NCBI GenBank assembly: GCA_951406725.2
Contig: OX597837.1
Location: 37,820,001-37,884,000, forward strand
DNA length: 64,000 bases
Reading direction: 5' to 3'
Origin: Octopus vulgaris
Lineage: Eukaryota
The notes beneath the pieces are model-generated. The model saw only the letters and a program-made list of their open reading frames with translations. It made no database searches and was not told where the DNA came from. Shown piece after piece: positions 29,657-44,049 of this stretch; within the stretch, counting starts at the first letter, position 1, and every line of letters begins with the position of its first letter. The position numbers were made by a program, and so were the translations under genes.

Positions 29657-29657
<1 letters not shown>

Positions 29658-29729
29658 GGTCACTGCCTGGAATCGAACTCGGAATCTTGGGGTCAGTAGC
29701 CCGCGCTCTTAACCACTACGCCATATGCC
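29657..29729 (-). pseudogene. tRNA-like sequence / simple tRNA-derived SINE with (AAT)n tail
   Basis: A box tggcgtagtgg and B box gagttcgattcc are present; the acceptor stem pairs poorly; it runs into (AAT)n. Confidence 0.7.
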
Positions 29730-29919
29730 AGATATTATCCTACGGGAGCAGGAGCAAAAATTATGCATTGTTATAGGGATCAGCTGTCCGGTGGATGTAA
29801 ATGTTACGTCAAAAATTGCGGAAATAACCAGAGAAAATCACAGCTCTCATACCCAAGGCTATTTCTGTTTATACTTATTGCCATAGGTGGACTGAGCTGT
29901 GTACATTTCCCTCCAAGAA

Positions 29920-30312
29920 CTACTCTATGTACAAGGCCCGAAATTTTGGGGGAGGGGGCCAGTCAATTAGATCGACCCCACGCAACTGGTACTTAATTTA
30001 TCGAATCCGAAAGGATGAAAAGCAAAGTCAACCTCGGCGGAGTTTGAACCCAGAACATAAAGACAGACAAAATACCTATTTCTATTTCTTTACTACCCAC
30101 AAGGGGCTAAACACAGAGGGGACAAACAAGGACAGACAAAGGGATTAAGTCGATTATATCGACCCCAGTGCGTAACTGGTACTTATTTAATCGCCCCCGA
30201 AAGGACGATAGGCAAAGTCGACCTCGGCGGAATTTGAACTCAGAACGTAGCGGCAGACGAAATACAGCAAAGTATTTCGCCCGGCGTGCTAACGTTTCTG
30301 CCGGCTCGCCGT
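29920..30312 (-). mobile_element. Hybrid SINE B/C dimer
   Basis: C tail unit, junction aaatacc|tatttctatttc, then a B unit with head. Confidence 0.85.
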
Positions 30313-30879
30313 CTTTTTTTGTACCTAATATTATAACTGCACTGCGCTTCTGTATGTAACGAACAAATTTGCATAAGGTTCTAGAAACGGTAGCATTCTC
30401 CAACAAAGGACAAATCAAACCGTTTCTTATTCTACAAGCAGAATCGATTAGTGGTACGGTTAGGATTTGTGAAACATTCCAGGGATTCTCCATTTGAGGT
30501 ATCTGATCGGAATAAGCCCATACAATCACATGTGCATATGGCATATACATAGACACACATATAACCGGAAATGCAGCTCATGCGGCTCAGAAGTGCAAGT
30601 TTATCCACTCACAAGCAAATTCACACATACACAAACAACTGGAGTTGTTTTGTCAAAAAGGAAAAATCCTTGTCACTTTGTTAGCGACCAGTTTGGAATT
30701 TTGCAAGGAAAGAAAGTTAGATAAATTTCAAACACACAAACATATATACAAATATAAACAAATATATATATATGGAATGTATACACGCACATACACATGT
30801 CTATAGAAAATACATATCAGATAAAGAATCCAAGGAAACTGGTAGTGGTCTGCGTTGGTAAGATTTGTGTGATTGAGGA

Positions 30880-31150
30880 AAAAAGCGATGGAAAGAACTC
30901 AGTGAAATTGCCATGGAAAGTCAAGTATTCAACGTTTCGGACAGCGTCCTTCTTCAGAGTCAAGATGATAGAAGGGAAATAAAAATCTGCGCAGTTGTAG
31001 CCAGTTTCTAGTACATAGAAGATAAAAAAAAAACACTTGTCTTTTTTATTTATTTCCCTCATATCATTTTTACATTGAAAAAGGACTCTTTCCGAAACGT
31101 TGCATACTTAATTTCACACGGAATATTCCCGGTACTCTTTCTTCGGTTTT
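30880..31150. mobile_element. Diverged inverted repeat, each arm with a hammerhead-like motif
   Basis: The reverse complement of 30880-30984 aligns with 31049-31150; CTGAAGA-A-GGAC-gct-GTCC-GAAACGTT on the minus strand at 30927-30961. Confidence 0.65.
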
Positions 31151-31179
31151 GCCAAATTATACAAAACTCAAGAACGCTG

Positions 31180-31338
31180 TAACAAGTACCGCCTTTAGGG
31201 GTGGGCACGCTGGGTACTTGCCCAGCGCCCTCATATATCTAGGGACGCAATTCTGACCTATATATGCAATAGATAAATATAATAGGGTCCAATGTGTTGA
31301 TTCGCCCAGGGGCCGATAATGATATTAAGGCAGCGCTG
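31180..31338. mobile_element. Possible hAT-type MITE
   Basis: Imperfect terminal inverted repeats (agtaccgccttta / taaggcagcgctg). Confidence 0.35.
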
Positions 31339-31690
31339 GCTGTGGATATACACACACTTGCAAAACACACGCATACAGCACTCATAATCACATACACACA
31401 CACACAACACAGACAAACAAAAGTATATACACGCAGAACACTCACACATACATATGCAACACTTACATAAATAAGCACAAAAGACACATACACGCACAAA
31501 CACGCGCGCGCACATGCACACACATACACACACACAGAACAGGAACGCCGCACAAGTGCACGTACACTCTACACAGAAGACTTACACATCGATCGCTCAT
31601 CCACGCACACATAAAACACACACGCACACACTTTGTATGTAATCTATACATATCCAGACATTTCCAATCGCAGGTGGAATGTATGTATGC

Positions 31691-31761
<71 letters not shown>

Positions 31762-34180
31762 CATCCATCCATCCATCCATCCATCTATCTATCCATCTAT
31801 ATATCTATCTATCTATCCATCCATCTATCTATCTGTCTGTCTGTCTGTCTCTGTCTGTCTATCTCTGTCTGTCTATCTCTCTCTCTATATATCTATCTAT
31901 CTATTTATCTATCTACCTATCTCTCTGTTTGTCTGTCTGCTTGTCTGCCGGTCTGCCTGTCAGTCTGTCTGTCTGCCTGCCTGTCTATTTGCCTATCTAT
32001 CTATTTGTATGTCTATCTATCTACCTATCTATCTATTTGGTTATAATATTACATTTGTGAACGTGTGTAACTATATACATGTAAGTATATATAAATATAT
32101 ATATATACATTTACGCACGCGCACACACACATACACACACATAGGCATCTATCTATACATGCATAAATAAAGGCCCTTATTGTTTACATACACGTGTTAA
32201 CATAAAGCTGGTCAAAACACCAATGAACAAAACAAAAGATAGACGACAATACGCAAGCAGGTGCCACGTATGTAAGTGTGTGAGAAAGAGAAAGAGTAGA
32301 AGCAAGGCGCATGGAAGGACAGAGAGATAGAGAGACAGATGAATGGTCAGAGGGAGAGAGAGAGAGAGAGAAAGAAGAGAGAGAGGAAGGTGAGGGAGAG
32401 AGGAGAAACAATAGAAATTCCGAAACATCTGGCTAGAGTTACCGCCCCTATCCCCATCTCAACGCTTTTCTGTTCCTTTGTACTCTCTCTCTCTCTTTCA
32501 TGTAGTATCTGTCTTTCTTTCTATCCTTATGTGTCTCTGTCTGTCTCTCTCTCTCTCATGTATCTGTCTTTCTTTCTATCCTTATGTGTCTCTGTCTGTC
32601 TCTCTCTGTCTCATGTATTTGTCTTTCTTTTTATCCCTCTGTTTCTCTGTCTGTGTCTCTCTCTCTCATGTATCTGTCTTTCTTTTTATCCCTCTGTTTC
32701 TCTCTCTTTCTGTTTCTCTCTCTTTCTGTCTGTCTCTCTCTCTCTGTCTATATATCGCTTTCTGTCTCTCACTTTTATTACTTATTAACACATATGCATC
32801 TACATACATACACACAGACACAGATACACACCTATACACACACACACGCGCGCGCTTGCATACACATACACATTCATAGACAAAGTCATACATACAAACA
32901 CATACACACACCTACTTAGACACAGCTCATAAACACACATGCTCATAAACACACATGCAGACATTCACACATACACGTACACGCATTAAATCCTCCTCCC
33001 CTTTCATACTCTCTCTCGCTCTCTCTGTTTTTCTGTCTTTTTCCCCCTCCAACCACTCTCTTCACTCTCTCTTTACTATATCTCCTGCTTCTCTCTCCCT
33101 CTCTCTATCTTACATCATATCTTTCTCGCCCTCTGTTCTCTCTATATTTCTCTTTCTCTCTCTGTGGTTCATCTACAGACTCACTCTCAATAGATTTGCA
33201 ACTTCAAACACACACACACACACAGACATATACACACACACATACTTATTTTCTCCCTCTCTCTCACTTTCCTTTTCACTCTTTATTCATTTTTTTAAAC
33301 CTCTCTCGCTTCTCCATTCCTTTCTTTTCTCTTTCTGTCTGTCTGTCTGTTTCTCTCTGTCGGCCGTCCTTCCCCCTTTATCACTTTCTCTCTCTCTCAC
33401 TGTCCCTCTCGTGTCTCACCCGGTCTTCTTTTCTCATCTCTCTCTCTCTCTTCCTCTCTCGTGCACGCCGCTGTCCCTTCCCGTCTCTCTCAGCCGTTCC
33501 TCGCTCGTCTCTCTCTCTCTATAATTCCAACTCACCCTCTCTCTCTCTCCCTCACTCGGCTGTCTCTCGTTTGACTTTCTCCCCCTCCCTCACTCGCTTG
33601 TCCCTCTCTCTCGCGGCTGTTCTTCCCGCTTTCTCTCTGTCTCTCATTCTCACTCGGCTATCGTACGCGAGTTTCTTCCTCTCTCCCTACTCTCCCTATC
33701 CCTCCGTCTCTCTCTCGACTGTCCCTATCTCACCGTCTCTCTCTCTCTCTCTCAGCTGTCCCTATCTTCCTCTGTCTCTCTTTTGACTCTCCCTATTCCT
33801 CCGTCTCTCTCTCTCTCTCTCAGCTGTCCCTATCCCTCCGTCTCCCTCTCTCTCGACTCTCCCTATCCCTCCGTCTCCCTCTCTCGGTTGTCCCTATCCC
33901 TCCGTTTCTCTCTCTCTCTCTCTCCCTTCATCTCTGTCTCTCTCGACCATTTCCCCCCACTTCCTCTCTCATGTCATCGCTCTATAAACTGTTCTCTAAG
34001 GTCATCAACTTATTGTCAAGCTCCTCTCTCAGCTACTGAGAATAATGATGATGATGATGATGGCGGTGGAAATGGTGGCGGTGGTGAGGAAAGACAGGCA
34101 GCGCGTGGCGGTTAAGAATCACACCAGGTGACGCTATTAGTATTGTTGTTGTTGTTGTTTGTTTGTTTGTTGAGCTAAGC

Positions 34181-34537
34181 GGTCATCGTCCGTAGAGGGA
34201 GAAGTCCGAAACGTGGTCCTTTGCTATTCGTAAGACCCGCAGAAGAAGAGAAAGCAGGTCAACCCCCGACACCGACAGCATCGACGGATGGATGAATGCG
34301 CATCCAGGCTCAGCGGTTGCGTAGGAAGTCGGGGAGGACAAGAAACAGGAAGAAAGAGTGAGAGAATGTTGGGGCGAAAGAGCACAACAGGGGTCGCCAT
34401 CACCCCTTGCCGGAGCCTCGTGGAACTTCAGGTGTTTTTCGCTCAATAAACACACACAACGCCCGGTCTGGGAATCGAAACCGTGATCCTCCGACCGCGA
34501 GTCCTTTGTCCTAACCATTGGGCCATTGCGTCTCCAC
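34181..34537 (-). mobile_element. SINE with family D head and an alternative tail
   Basis: 34340-34537 matches the D head/body; 34181-34340 is unrelated to the D tail. Confidence 0.8.
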
Positions 34538-34756
34538 TGTTGTTGCTGTTTCATCCTCAGGTGAACCCTGGTTGAGTAGACGTACGGAGAAAAGCGCTCC
34601 AGCTATGCCCTTCCCGTCATTTTTGTATATCACAGACTTCTAAAAACAGAAGGAGCAGGAGGTGAGAAAAAACATTTGGCTGCTATTTCTAACAAAACGA
34701 ACCAAAACCACGTGGCTGCAAGCGAGCTTCTCAACCACATAGTCACTCCTATATTG

Positions 34757-34967
34757 GTTTCAAATTTTGGCACAAGGCCAGCAATTTTGGAGAAGGGGTT
34801 AAGTCAATTACTTCGACTCTAGTGTTCAACTGGTACTTCATTTATCGACCCCGAAAGGGTGTAAGGCAAAGTCGACCTCGACGGAATTTGAACTCAGAAC
34901 GTAGAGACGGACGATATACTTCTAAGCATTTTGCCCGGTGACCTAACGATTCTGCCAGCCTGTCGTC

Positions 34968-35000
<33 letters not shown>

Positions 35001-35405
35001 TAATAATAAAAAAAACCCTAAAAAAATGAACGAACTAGTGAGTTTAGTTTAATGGCCTACCAATGTATACTATGAGTTTCTTTGCCCTAGGAGTCGGGAA
35101 GACACTCGGCAAGAAATGGAAGCAAATTTGAAAGAAGAAAAACAATAATAATAATAAATAATATCAACAACAACAACAACAACAATAATAATCCTTTCTA
35201 CTAAAAGCACAAGGCCTTGAAATGGGGGTGGGGGGACTGATAGATTACATCGACCCAGTGTTTCACTGGTACTTAATTCATCGACCTCAAAAGGATGAAA
35301 GCAAAGCCGACCCCGGCAGAATTTGTATCCAGAACGTCTTTAAGACGTACGAAATCCCGATAAGCATTTAGCCCGGCGCGCTAACGATTCTGTCAGCTCA
35401 CCGTT
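34757..35405 (-). mobile_element. Two diverged SINE C monomers (34757-34968 and 35190-35405)
   Basis: gcacaaggcc tail, body tcgaccccgaaagg...aatttgaactcagaacgt, and head. Confidence 0.8.
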
Positions 35406-35629
35406 TTAGACCCACGGCTATATTAACGTTTGTTTTTATGGTCTGGACAAAAGCAATGTACTATTAGACCGAAAGATTACTCAATGCTAATTTTACTAGT
35501 TTAACATATCAATTAGACTTTTATAAGGGAGAAGTAGACGATGACTTCAGAGTGTATCGTGTTACACAGTCTGATGAAGGCGAATAAACCGAAACGTCGA
35601 AGTCGCAGTTGACTTTTCCTTGTAAGTGT

Positions 35630-35782
35630 GGGAATGTGGTAAGTAGTTTGTTTTTCAAGCATAGGGTTCTAGGTTCATTCCTACTGCGTGGTGCCTTGGG
35701 CAAATGTTTTCTGCTATAACCTCAGGCCGACCAAAGTTCTATGAATAGATTTGGCAGACGGAAACTGAAAAGAAGCCTGTTG

Positions 35783-35813
<31 letters not shown>

Positions 35814-36029
35814 GCATACATATGCGTGTGTGTGTGTGTTTGTACTTGTTCCGTGCCACCGCATAATAACTGTTGTTGGTGTGTTCACGCCTATGTAACT
35901 TAGTGGTTCGTCAAGACAGACTAATACACTAAGTACCAGGCGTAAATATAAGGTACCTTAGTCGTTTCATTCGACTAAAAATTCTTTAAGGGGGTCGTAG
36001 TCTAATGACTGAAGCGAGTAACAAATAAT

Positions 36030-36060
<31 letters not shown>

Positions 36061-36310
36061 CGCACACACACACGCACACACACAAACACACACACACACG
36101 CAGACACACACACAAACACACACACACATACAAACACACACACACAAACACACATGTGACGGGTTTCTTCCAGTTTCCGTCTACCAAGTCCACTCACAAA
36201 GCTTTGGTCGGCCCGAGGCTACAGCAGAAGACACTCGCCCATGCTGCAACGCAGTGGGTCTGAACCCGGAACCTTGCTTGTGGAAAGCAGGCTTCTTACC
36301 ATACGACTAC
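35630..36310. mobile_element. Tail-to-tail pair of family A SINEs (35630-36020 +, 36155-36310 -)
   Basis: Both match the A consensus, in opposite orientation. Confidence 0.75.
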
Positions 36311-37035
36311 GATACAAGTGAGTTGTGTATGTATGTGTGTCAAATTTGTCTCTCAAGGTAAGTTTCACCAAATGAAACCAAATGAACATCTCACACACAT
36401 CCTGTCAATGTCACACAATTGTGTGTGTGTGTAGGTGTGTGTGTGTGTGTGTATATATATGATGTGTATGGGCATGTGTATATTGGCGGTGAGGGTAGGA
36501 TGTCGGGGAAGAAAGGTCACAGTAACGGACATCCGCTTGCTGCCATATATGGTAACAGTTGGAGGGAAAATGGCTAGCCTACTCACATACACACAAGCGT
36601 ATACACGTTCACCCCCCCACACATTCAATCTCTCCATATGTCTGTCTGTCTGTCTGTCTATTCGTCGGTCCGTCCATGTATCTGGTTCATCTACAGATTC
36701 ACGCAATATCTTAGTAACTTCAAACATACCGCCTGTCTGTTCGTATCCCTATTGATCAACCCCCCTCTTTTTTTAAAAATTTTACCCCCCCCTTTTTTGT
36801 CCTCTTTCTTTCCTTTTACGATCCCTTTTGATCGAAAACCAAACCGCTTTTTTTTATCCCCAAAATAAAAGCTCTACCTTGTAATTTGTCCTGTCTGTGT
36901 GCAGCCCTGTGTGGCTAATAAAGAAACATATCTATCTATCTATCTATCTATCTATCTACCTATCTACCTATCTATCTATCTATCTATCTACCTATCTACC
37001 TATCTACCTATCTATCTACCTATCTACCTACCTAC

Positions 37036-37115
<80 letters not shown>

Positions 37116-37173
37116 GTCTGTCTGTCTGTCTGAGTTGAAGGCTACCAAACGTACCATACACAGACAACTTCAG

Positions 37174-37230
<57 letters not shown>

Positions 37231-37292
37231 GGAGTAAGCACATAATTGTGAAACAAGGTGGAAAAAAGAGTACTCAAATACCAGAGGTAGAG

Positions 37293-37352
<60 letters not shown>

Positions 37353-37614
37353 CTGAAAAAAGTAAAAGAATAAAAGAATATTTAATAGGACCCCTCTTTA
37401 CAGAACAAGAATGCAACATTGGATAAGACAACCGTTTCAGCAAGAGCTACTGAAAAAGTATGGCAGACGTTGAAAATATCAATTTTTGCTCTTTTATTCT
37501 TTGGTCGGCTCGAGGCTACAGTTGAAGACACTTGCCGATGGTGTCACGCAGTGGGACCGAACCCGGAACGGTGTGGTTTGGAAGCAAGTTTCTTGCCACA
37601 CAGCCACACCGTCT

Positions 37615-37930
37615 CCCCTCAACAATTAGCCAGAGATGATTTTTAATGTCTGAAAGAAACTCGACTGCTCTCACAAACGAGAATACTCAAAATGAACCCG
37701 ACCACTCTCAAAAATGAAGTAAAAAAAAAAAACTGGGAAAATAATCCAGAATCCTTGTCCGGTATCGGATCGATCCCAAAATCTAATCAGTTCGTGCCAT
37801 TCACGAGGCCTAAAATCCCTGAAAGTTTCATCCGAATCCATCAAGCGGTTCTTGAGATATCTTATCCACGGACAGACAAACAAACACCACTGAAAACAAT
37901 ACCTCCGCCTTCGCTAATGCGGAGGTAATA
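37615..37930 (+). mobile_element. 3' part of a Helentron-associated (HINE-like) element
   Basis: Homologous to 18985-19204; short gacagacaaac tract; terminal hairpin tacctccgc...gcggaggta. Confidence 0.6.
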
Positions 37931-38096
37931 AACATTATTTTCCATGTTATTGTTAGTTTTCTTTCATTTTGAAAAATAAAAATGTATTTTATAGTTTATT
38001 GTTGTTTATGCTTTGAATTACTTTATGCATGGGGGGCACGAAAATCTTTTAAGTCATTAGGGCTTGTTTGGATTTTAATCAGACCCAGAATACGCA

Positions 38097-38137
<41 letters not shown>

Positions 38138-38285
38138 AGAGAGAGCGTATGTGGCTTAATGTCGGACGAATGAGAAAAGAGTACTCAATACATGATTATT
38201 AAATCTGAAGCTGAAAGTTTGTCTCACGATTCGAATTTCATGCTATTGTACTCCCACCTACCTACCTATCTACCTACCTACCTAC

Positions 38286-38422
<137 letters not shown>

Positions 38423-39586
38423 ATACATACATATAACATTCATATGCACATACATGTAACATACATACATACATACATACACACATACATGCATACATAC
38501 ACACATACATATAAATACATATAGCATACATACACATACATATAACATATATACATACACACGCACACATACATACATACATACACACATACATACAAAC
38601 ACACATACACACATACATACATACAAACATACATACACACATACATACATACATACATACACACATATAACATACATACGTACATACATACATACACACA
38701 TACACACATATACACATACATACATACAAATATGCATACGTACACACATACATAAATACGCACACACATACATACAAATATACATACATACACACATACA
38801 TACATACATACATACATACATACATACATACATACATACATACATACATACATACATACATACATACATACATACATACATACATACGTACGTACGTACG
38901 TACGTACGTACGTACATTTTAAATGGAGAAATAGCGCGATGACGTAACGCAAACGATTCTCTCCTTTCTTATTCGCCAATTCGCTTGAAAGAGAATCAAG
39001 TGTGACCTAGAGTTAAGAAGAGGACCAGAATAATTGAATAAAAGAATACAAAATCGTATAGTAATATATGAATATAAGAATAACAGATTAAGAGAATAGA
39101 AATAAGCGAAACACTTACATTTTACTCGGATTCTCTGAGTCTATTGATTTTTTTTGGTTTTCCACCATTATAAGTTGGTCTGGCATCGATTAGCGACTCA
39201 GACCTGAAATGTCAGCGAAATGCCAATGACATTTGATGGGAAACGCTAAGACTCTTAGAGGTCAAATGTTTGGCTCTCTGCCATCAAATAGTCCACGCTG
39301 ATACTCCCTCTGCGCATGCACGTGGATGTAGACGTACGCATGCACTCTGGTCTTTGCGCGCGCACATACACGCACGTACGTACACGAACGCGAAGCCTAA
39401 ACACATTCACAGTCAAGCACGTAAACGCATACATACACAAATAAACGCACACACACTCACGCAGTCGTTTAAGATTTTAATGTATTTGTTTAAAATATGT
39501 AGAGTATCATAAAAATATTGGATAAATATATTTACTCTGTGTGTTGAAAAGATGGTGTGTAGATGTTGACAAGATAGGTAGACACA

Positions 39587-40457
39587 CTGTGTAGATTTTG
39601 ACTGTATTGATAGACGCAGTGTGTAGATGTTGACTGTATTGACAGACGCAGTGTGTAGATATTGACTATTGACAGACACAGTGTGTAGATGTTGACTATA
39701 TTGACAGACGCAGTGTGTAGATGTTGACTGTATTGACAGACGCAGTGTGTAGATGTTGACTGTATTGACAGATGCAGTGTTTAGATGTTGACTGTATTGA
39801 CAGACGCAGTGTGTAGATGTTGACTTATTGACAGACGCAGTGTGTAGATGTTGACTATACTGACAGATGCAGTGTGTAGATGTTGACTGTATTGACAGAC
39901 GCAGTGTGTAGATGTTGACTATTGACAGACACAGTGTGTAGATGTTGACTATATTGACAGACGCATTGTGTAGATGTTGACTATATTGACAGACGCAGTG
40001 TGTAGATGTTGACTGTATTGACAGACGCAGTGTGTAGATGTTGACTGTATTGACAGATGCAGTGTATAGATGTTGACTGCATTGACAGATGCAGTGTGTA
40101 GGCGATGACTGTATTGACAGACGCAGTATGTAGATGTTGACTGTATTGACAGACGCAGTGTGTAGATGTTGACTGTATTGACAGACACAGTGTGTAGATG
40201 TTGACTGTATTGACAGACGCAGTGTGTAAATGTTGACTATACTGACAGACGCAGTGTGTAGATGTTGACTGTATTGACAGATGCAGTGTGCAGATGTTGA
40301 CTGTATTGACAGATGCAGTGTGTAGATGTTGACTGTATTGACAGACGCAGTGTGTAGATGTTGACTCTATTGACAGACACAGTGTGTAGATGTTGACTGT
40401 ATTGACAGACACAGTGTGTAGATATTGACTGCATTGATAGACGCAGTGTGTAGATGT
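39587..40457 (+). repeat. 32-bp minisatellite, about 27 copies
   Basis: Unit gtgtgtagatgttgactgtattgacagacgca with occasional 30-bp variants. Confidence 0.95.
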
Positions 40458-40623
40458 CAACTAGATCGATAAAGAATGTGTAGATATTGTTTGGATAAAT
40501 AAACACGAAGTATAGATTTTGACTGGATGGATAGACAGAATGTGCAGATGTTGACTAGATCGATAAAGAATGTGTAGATATTGATTGGATAATATTTATA
40601 TAAATAAATAAATAAATAAATAA

Positions 40624-40661
<38 letters not shown>

Positions 40662-40710
40662 ATGAGTAAAAAAACCAATGCTGTTCAGATTTTAGAATAT
40701 TTATAGATAG

Positions 40711-40758
40711 GTCTTACGGCTGTTTCCAGGATATTTATTATATCCCTTCATTGGAGAC
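40711..40758 (-). ncRNA. Hammerhead-like motif with mutated core
   Basis: gtct-CCAATGA-agggatat-aataa-atatcct-g-GAAAC-agcc-GTA-agac; stems I and II pair, the core deviates from CUGANGA. Confidence 0.5.
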
Positions 40759-41280
40759 GGTGTGAGAGGATGGTTAATTTAGATAAGATATAAAATAGAG
40801 AGTGAGGTGGAGGAAATAAAAGAAAATAGATGCGAGATATGTAGGGATATTGCATTTGTAGATCAATTTTTTAAAGGCAGAATGGTATTCGTATAATATT
40901 CCAATACCTTATGAGTAAAATCCAATAGATGAGTAAAATCCATCTATAGCACTTATTCAGTATTACCTGACACCTTTGGGTTTCAATTACACCATTACCT
41001 CTCATAACCTCCATTTCTCGCTAGACAAATATAATCTTTAATGTCTTAGACTATACTACAATGGCATACATGGGCAATTTAAGTTGGATTGTCTCTTGAC
41101 CATAGGCTGAAACAGCTGTAAGGAGCAGTTTATTTGTACTATTTTTATTTTATTATTAATTTGCATATTGATGTATATTGTTTTGTTCGATTTTCATGTT
41201 CCTATTTGCATAATTAATAAATAATATGAAATTGTAATATCCGTAAGTTGATGATCGAAATGAATTTGTTCCTCCATTTT

Positions 41281-41517
<237 letters not shown>

Positions 41518-41997
41518 AGTCAACATCCCTGTTGAAGAGCGTAAAAGACTTTCGCACCTTCCCGAGCGTTAAACTAATACACCTGTTTGTTGATTATACA
41601 CCTGTCGTCATCTTTTGCTTTTCTATATATTTCAACTATATTGACTGCATGGATACGGTGTGTGGATGCTGATTGGAGAGACAGACACTGTGTACAGATA
41701 TTGACTAGACAGATAGATGCAGTGTGAAGATGGATAGAAACTGCGGATATATTAGGCAGTATACAGATGTTTGCTGGATAGAGAGACACGGTCTGTTATC
41801 AATCAAATTGAATGTCTACAAACGATTTTGTCGTTTATCGAAAGCTATGGTAAAAGCCAATATTTAAGAACGGATGCATCGATTTTAGCACCACTTTCAG
41901 ACAAAATTTGACCTCATACTCTGATCAAAAGAAATCAATATCATTTTTTTTAAAAGAGTGAACCACATAATTGCAGCTACGTTACTATTTAAATATT

Positions 41998-42078
<81 letters not shown>

Positions 42079-42106
42079 AATAATAATAATAATAATGATG
42101 ATGATG

Positions 42107-42179
<73 letters not shown>

Positions 42180-42180
<1 letters not shown>

Positions 42181-42478
42181 CCTTTCAACTTCAGGCACAA
42201 GGCCTGGAATTTGTAGGGAGGGGGATAGTCGATCACATCGACCCCAGTACTCAGCTTGTACTTAATTTATCGACCCCGAAAGGATGAAAGGCAAAGTCGA
42301 CCTCGGCGGAATTTGAACTCAGAACGTAGCGGCAGAGGAAATACCTATTTCTTTACTACCCACAAGGGGCTAAACACAGAGAGGACAAACAAGGACAGAC
42401 AGACGGATTAAGTCGATTATATCGATCCCCAGTGCGTAACTAGTACTTATTTAATCGACCCCGAAAGGATGAAAGGCA
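42180..42478 (-). mobile_element. Hybrid SINE C plus truncated B unit
   Basis: Junction gaaatacc|tatttc at about 42345. Confidence 0.85.
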
Positions 42479-42690
42479 ACAACAACAGCAACAGCAGCAG
42501 CGGCAGCAACAACAACAACAACAATAATAATAATGGTTTTCAAATTTTGGCACAAGGTCAAAAATTTCGGGGTAAAGATGATCCTTTAAACCGACGCCAG
42601 TGCACAAATGGTACTTATTTTATCAACCTCTCTATAACTTCTGCAGATTATTATTTAAAAATGTATAACACACACACACACACACACACA

Positions 42691-44049
42691 CAGGTGTCCC
42701 CCAAAAATGTATACATACTTTAGCAGTTGATAACTCAATTAATGTTTTTCTTCTTCCCAGATGAAACCCCTTGGAATTAATGATGGCATTCAGACTAAAC
42801 TTTGAACAAAGGAAATTCATTCTAAAATGCTCCTGGAAGTGTGAAAACGCAGTTGAAGTGCAAAGACAGTTTGGGAGGGAGTTTCAAACAGATCCACCAA
42901 CGCGATTTAGCATCGCTCGAATTAGAGATAAGGAATTAAGAGATAAGTTTGAAGCCGATGAAAGTTAGAAATCATTCCTTATAGTAATTGTAGCAGAATT
43001 AGTCGAGCAACAGGAAAAAGATGAACTTGCATCTCTTCACTTTCTGAGTTCGAATGATGGAAGTCTTTCAGAATGTCCACGAAAAGCATTCTGGAAAACC
43101 ACGAACATCGACAACCCCCACAAAGCAAGAAGAAGAAGAAGTGCTGGAAACGTATCACCAAAGTCCAAGAAAATCTGTGCAGCAAGCGAGTTGTGAGGTG
43201 GGTATTCCAAAATCGTCTGTCCAATGCATTTTGAAGCGTTGCCAATGGAAAAGTCACGTTCCAAGATTAATCCATTCTGTTAATGATGATGATCCAGACC
43301 AAAGAGTGCAGTATTGCAAGTGGTACTTGGCACGATGCGTACAAGATGGACACTTTCCAACAGAGATTTGTGGAGTGATGAGGCCACATTCAAATTAAAT
43401 GGTTCAATTAACCACCACAATTGCACCTACGAGGGACCTGAGAATCCGCATGTTAGGGTGGAACACCATGTTAATTTACCAGGGGTTACAGTGTGGTGTG
43501 GCTAATCATCAAGGGGATTAATTGGACCATTCTTCTTTGATGCTGCTGTGACTGGTCCCGTTTACTAGAACTTGCTTCAACAGTCTGTCATGTCAAGCAT
43601 TAGAAAAGACTTTGAAGATGAGGAGTTTTATTTTCAGCAAGATGAGGGACCCCCACACTACCATCGCGATGTTAGATCCTTCCTTGATTAGATCTTGCCA
43701 AACAGGTGGATTGGACGAAGGGGTTTCGTTGAATACTCTCTACGTTCACCAGACCTCACACCACTAGACTTTTTCATGGGGATACCTAAAAGACAAAGTC
43801 TACACTATGAAACCTGCAACAGTCGCCGATTCGAGAGCAGCCATTGAATGAGAAAGCACACAAATACCAAACAAATTCTTTCTCGTTGTCAGCAGCGCCT
43901 GGACCAGAACGGACGTCAGTTTGAAAACAGACATTGACAAAACAATAAAATAATGTCTGTAAATTCTTTAAAAATTTTGAAAATGAAATGTATTTTAATA
44001 AACACCTACTTAACAATTATTTAAAGTGTGTATACATTGTTTTGAGACA

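Noticed and set aside
29657-29729. Functional tRNA gene
   Set aside because: Acceptor and T stems pair poorly and it ends in an (AAT)n tail; better read as a SINE or pseudogene.
39587-40457. Zinc-finger-like Cys/His ORFs or CRISPR in the 32-bp array
   Set aside because: The period is not a multiple of 3, frames cycle, and there are no spacers.
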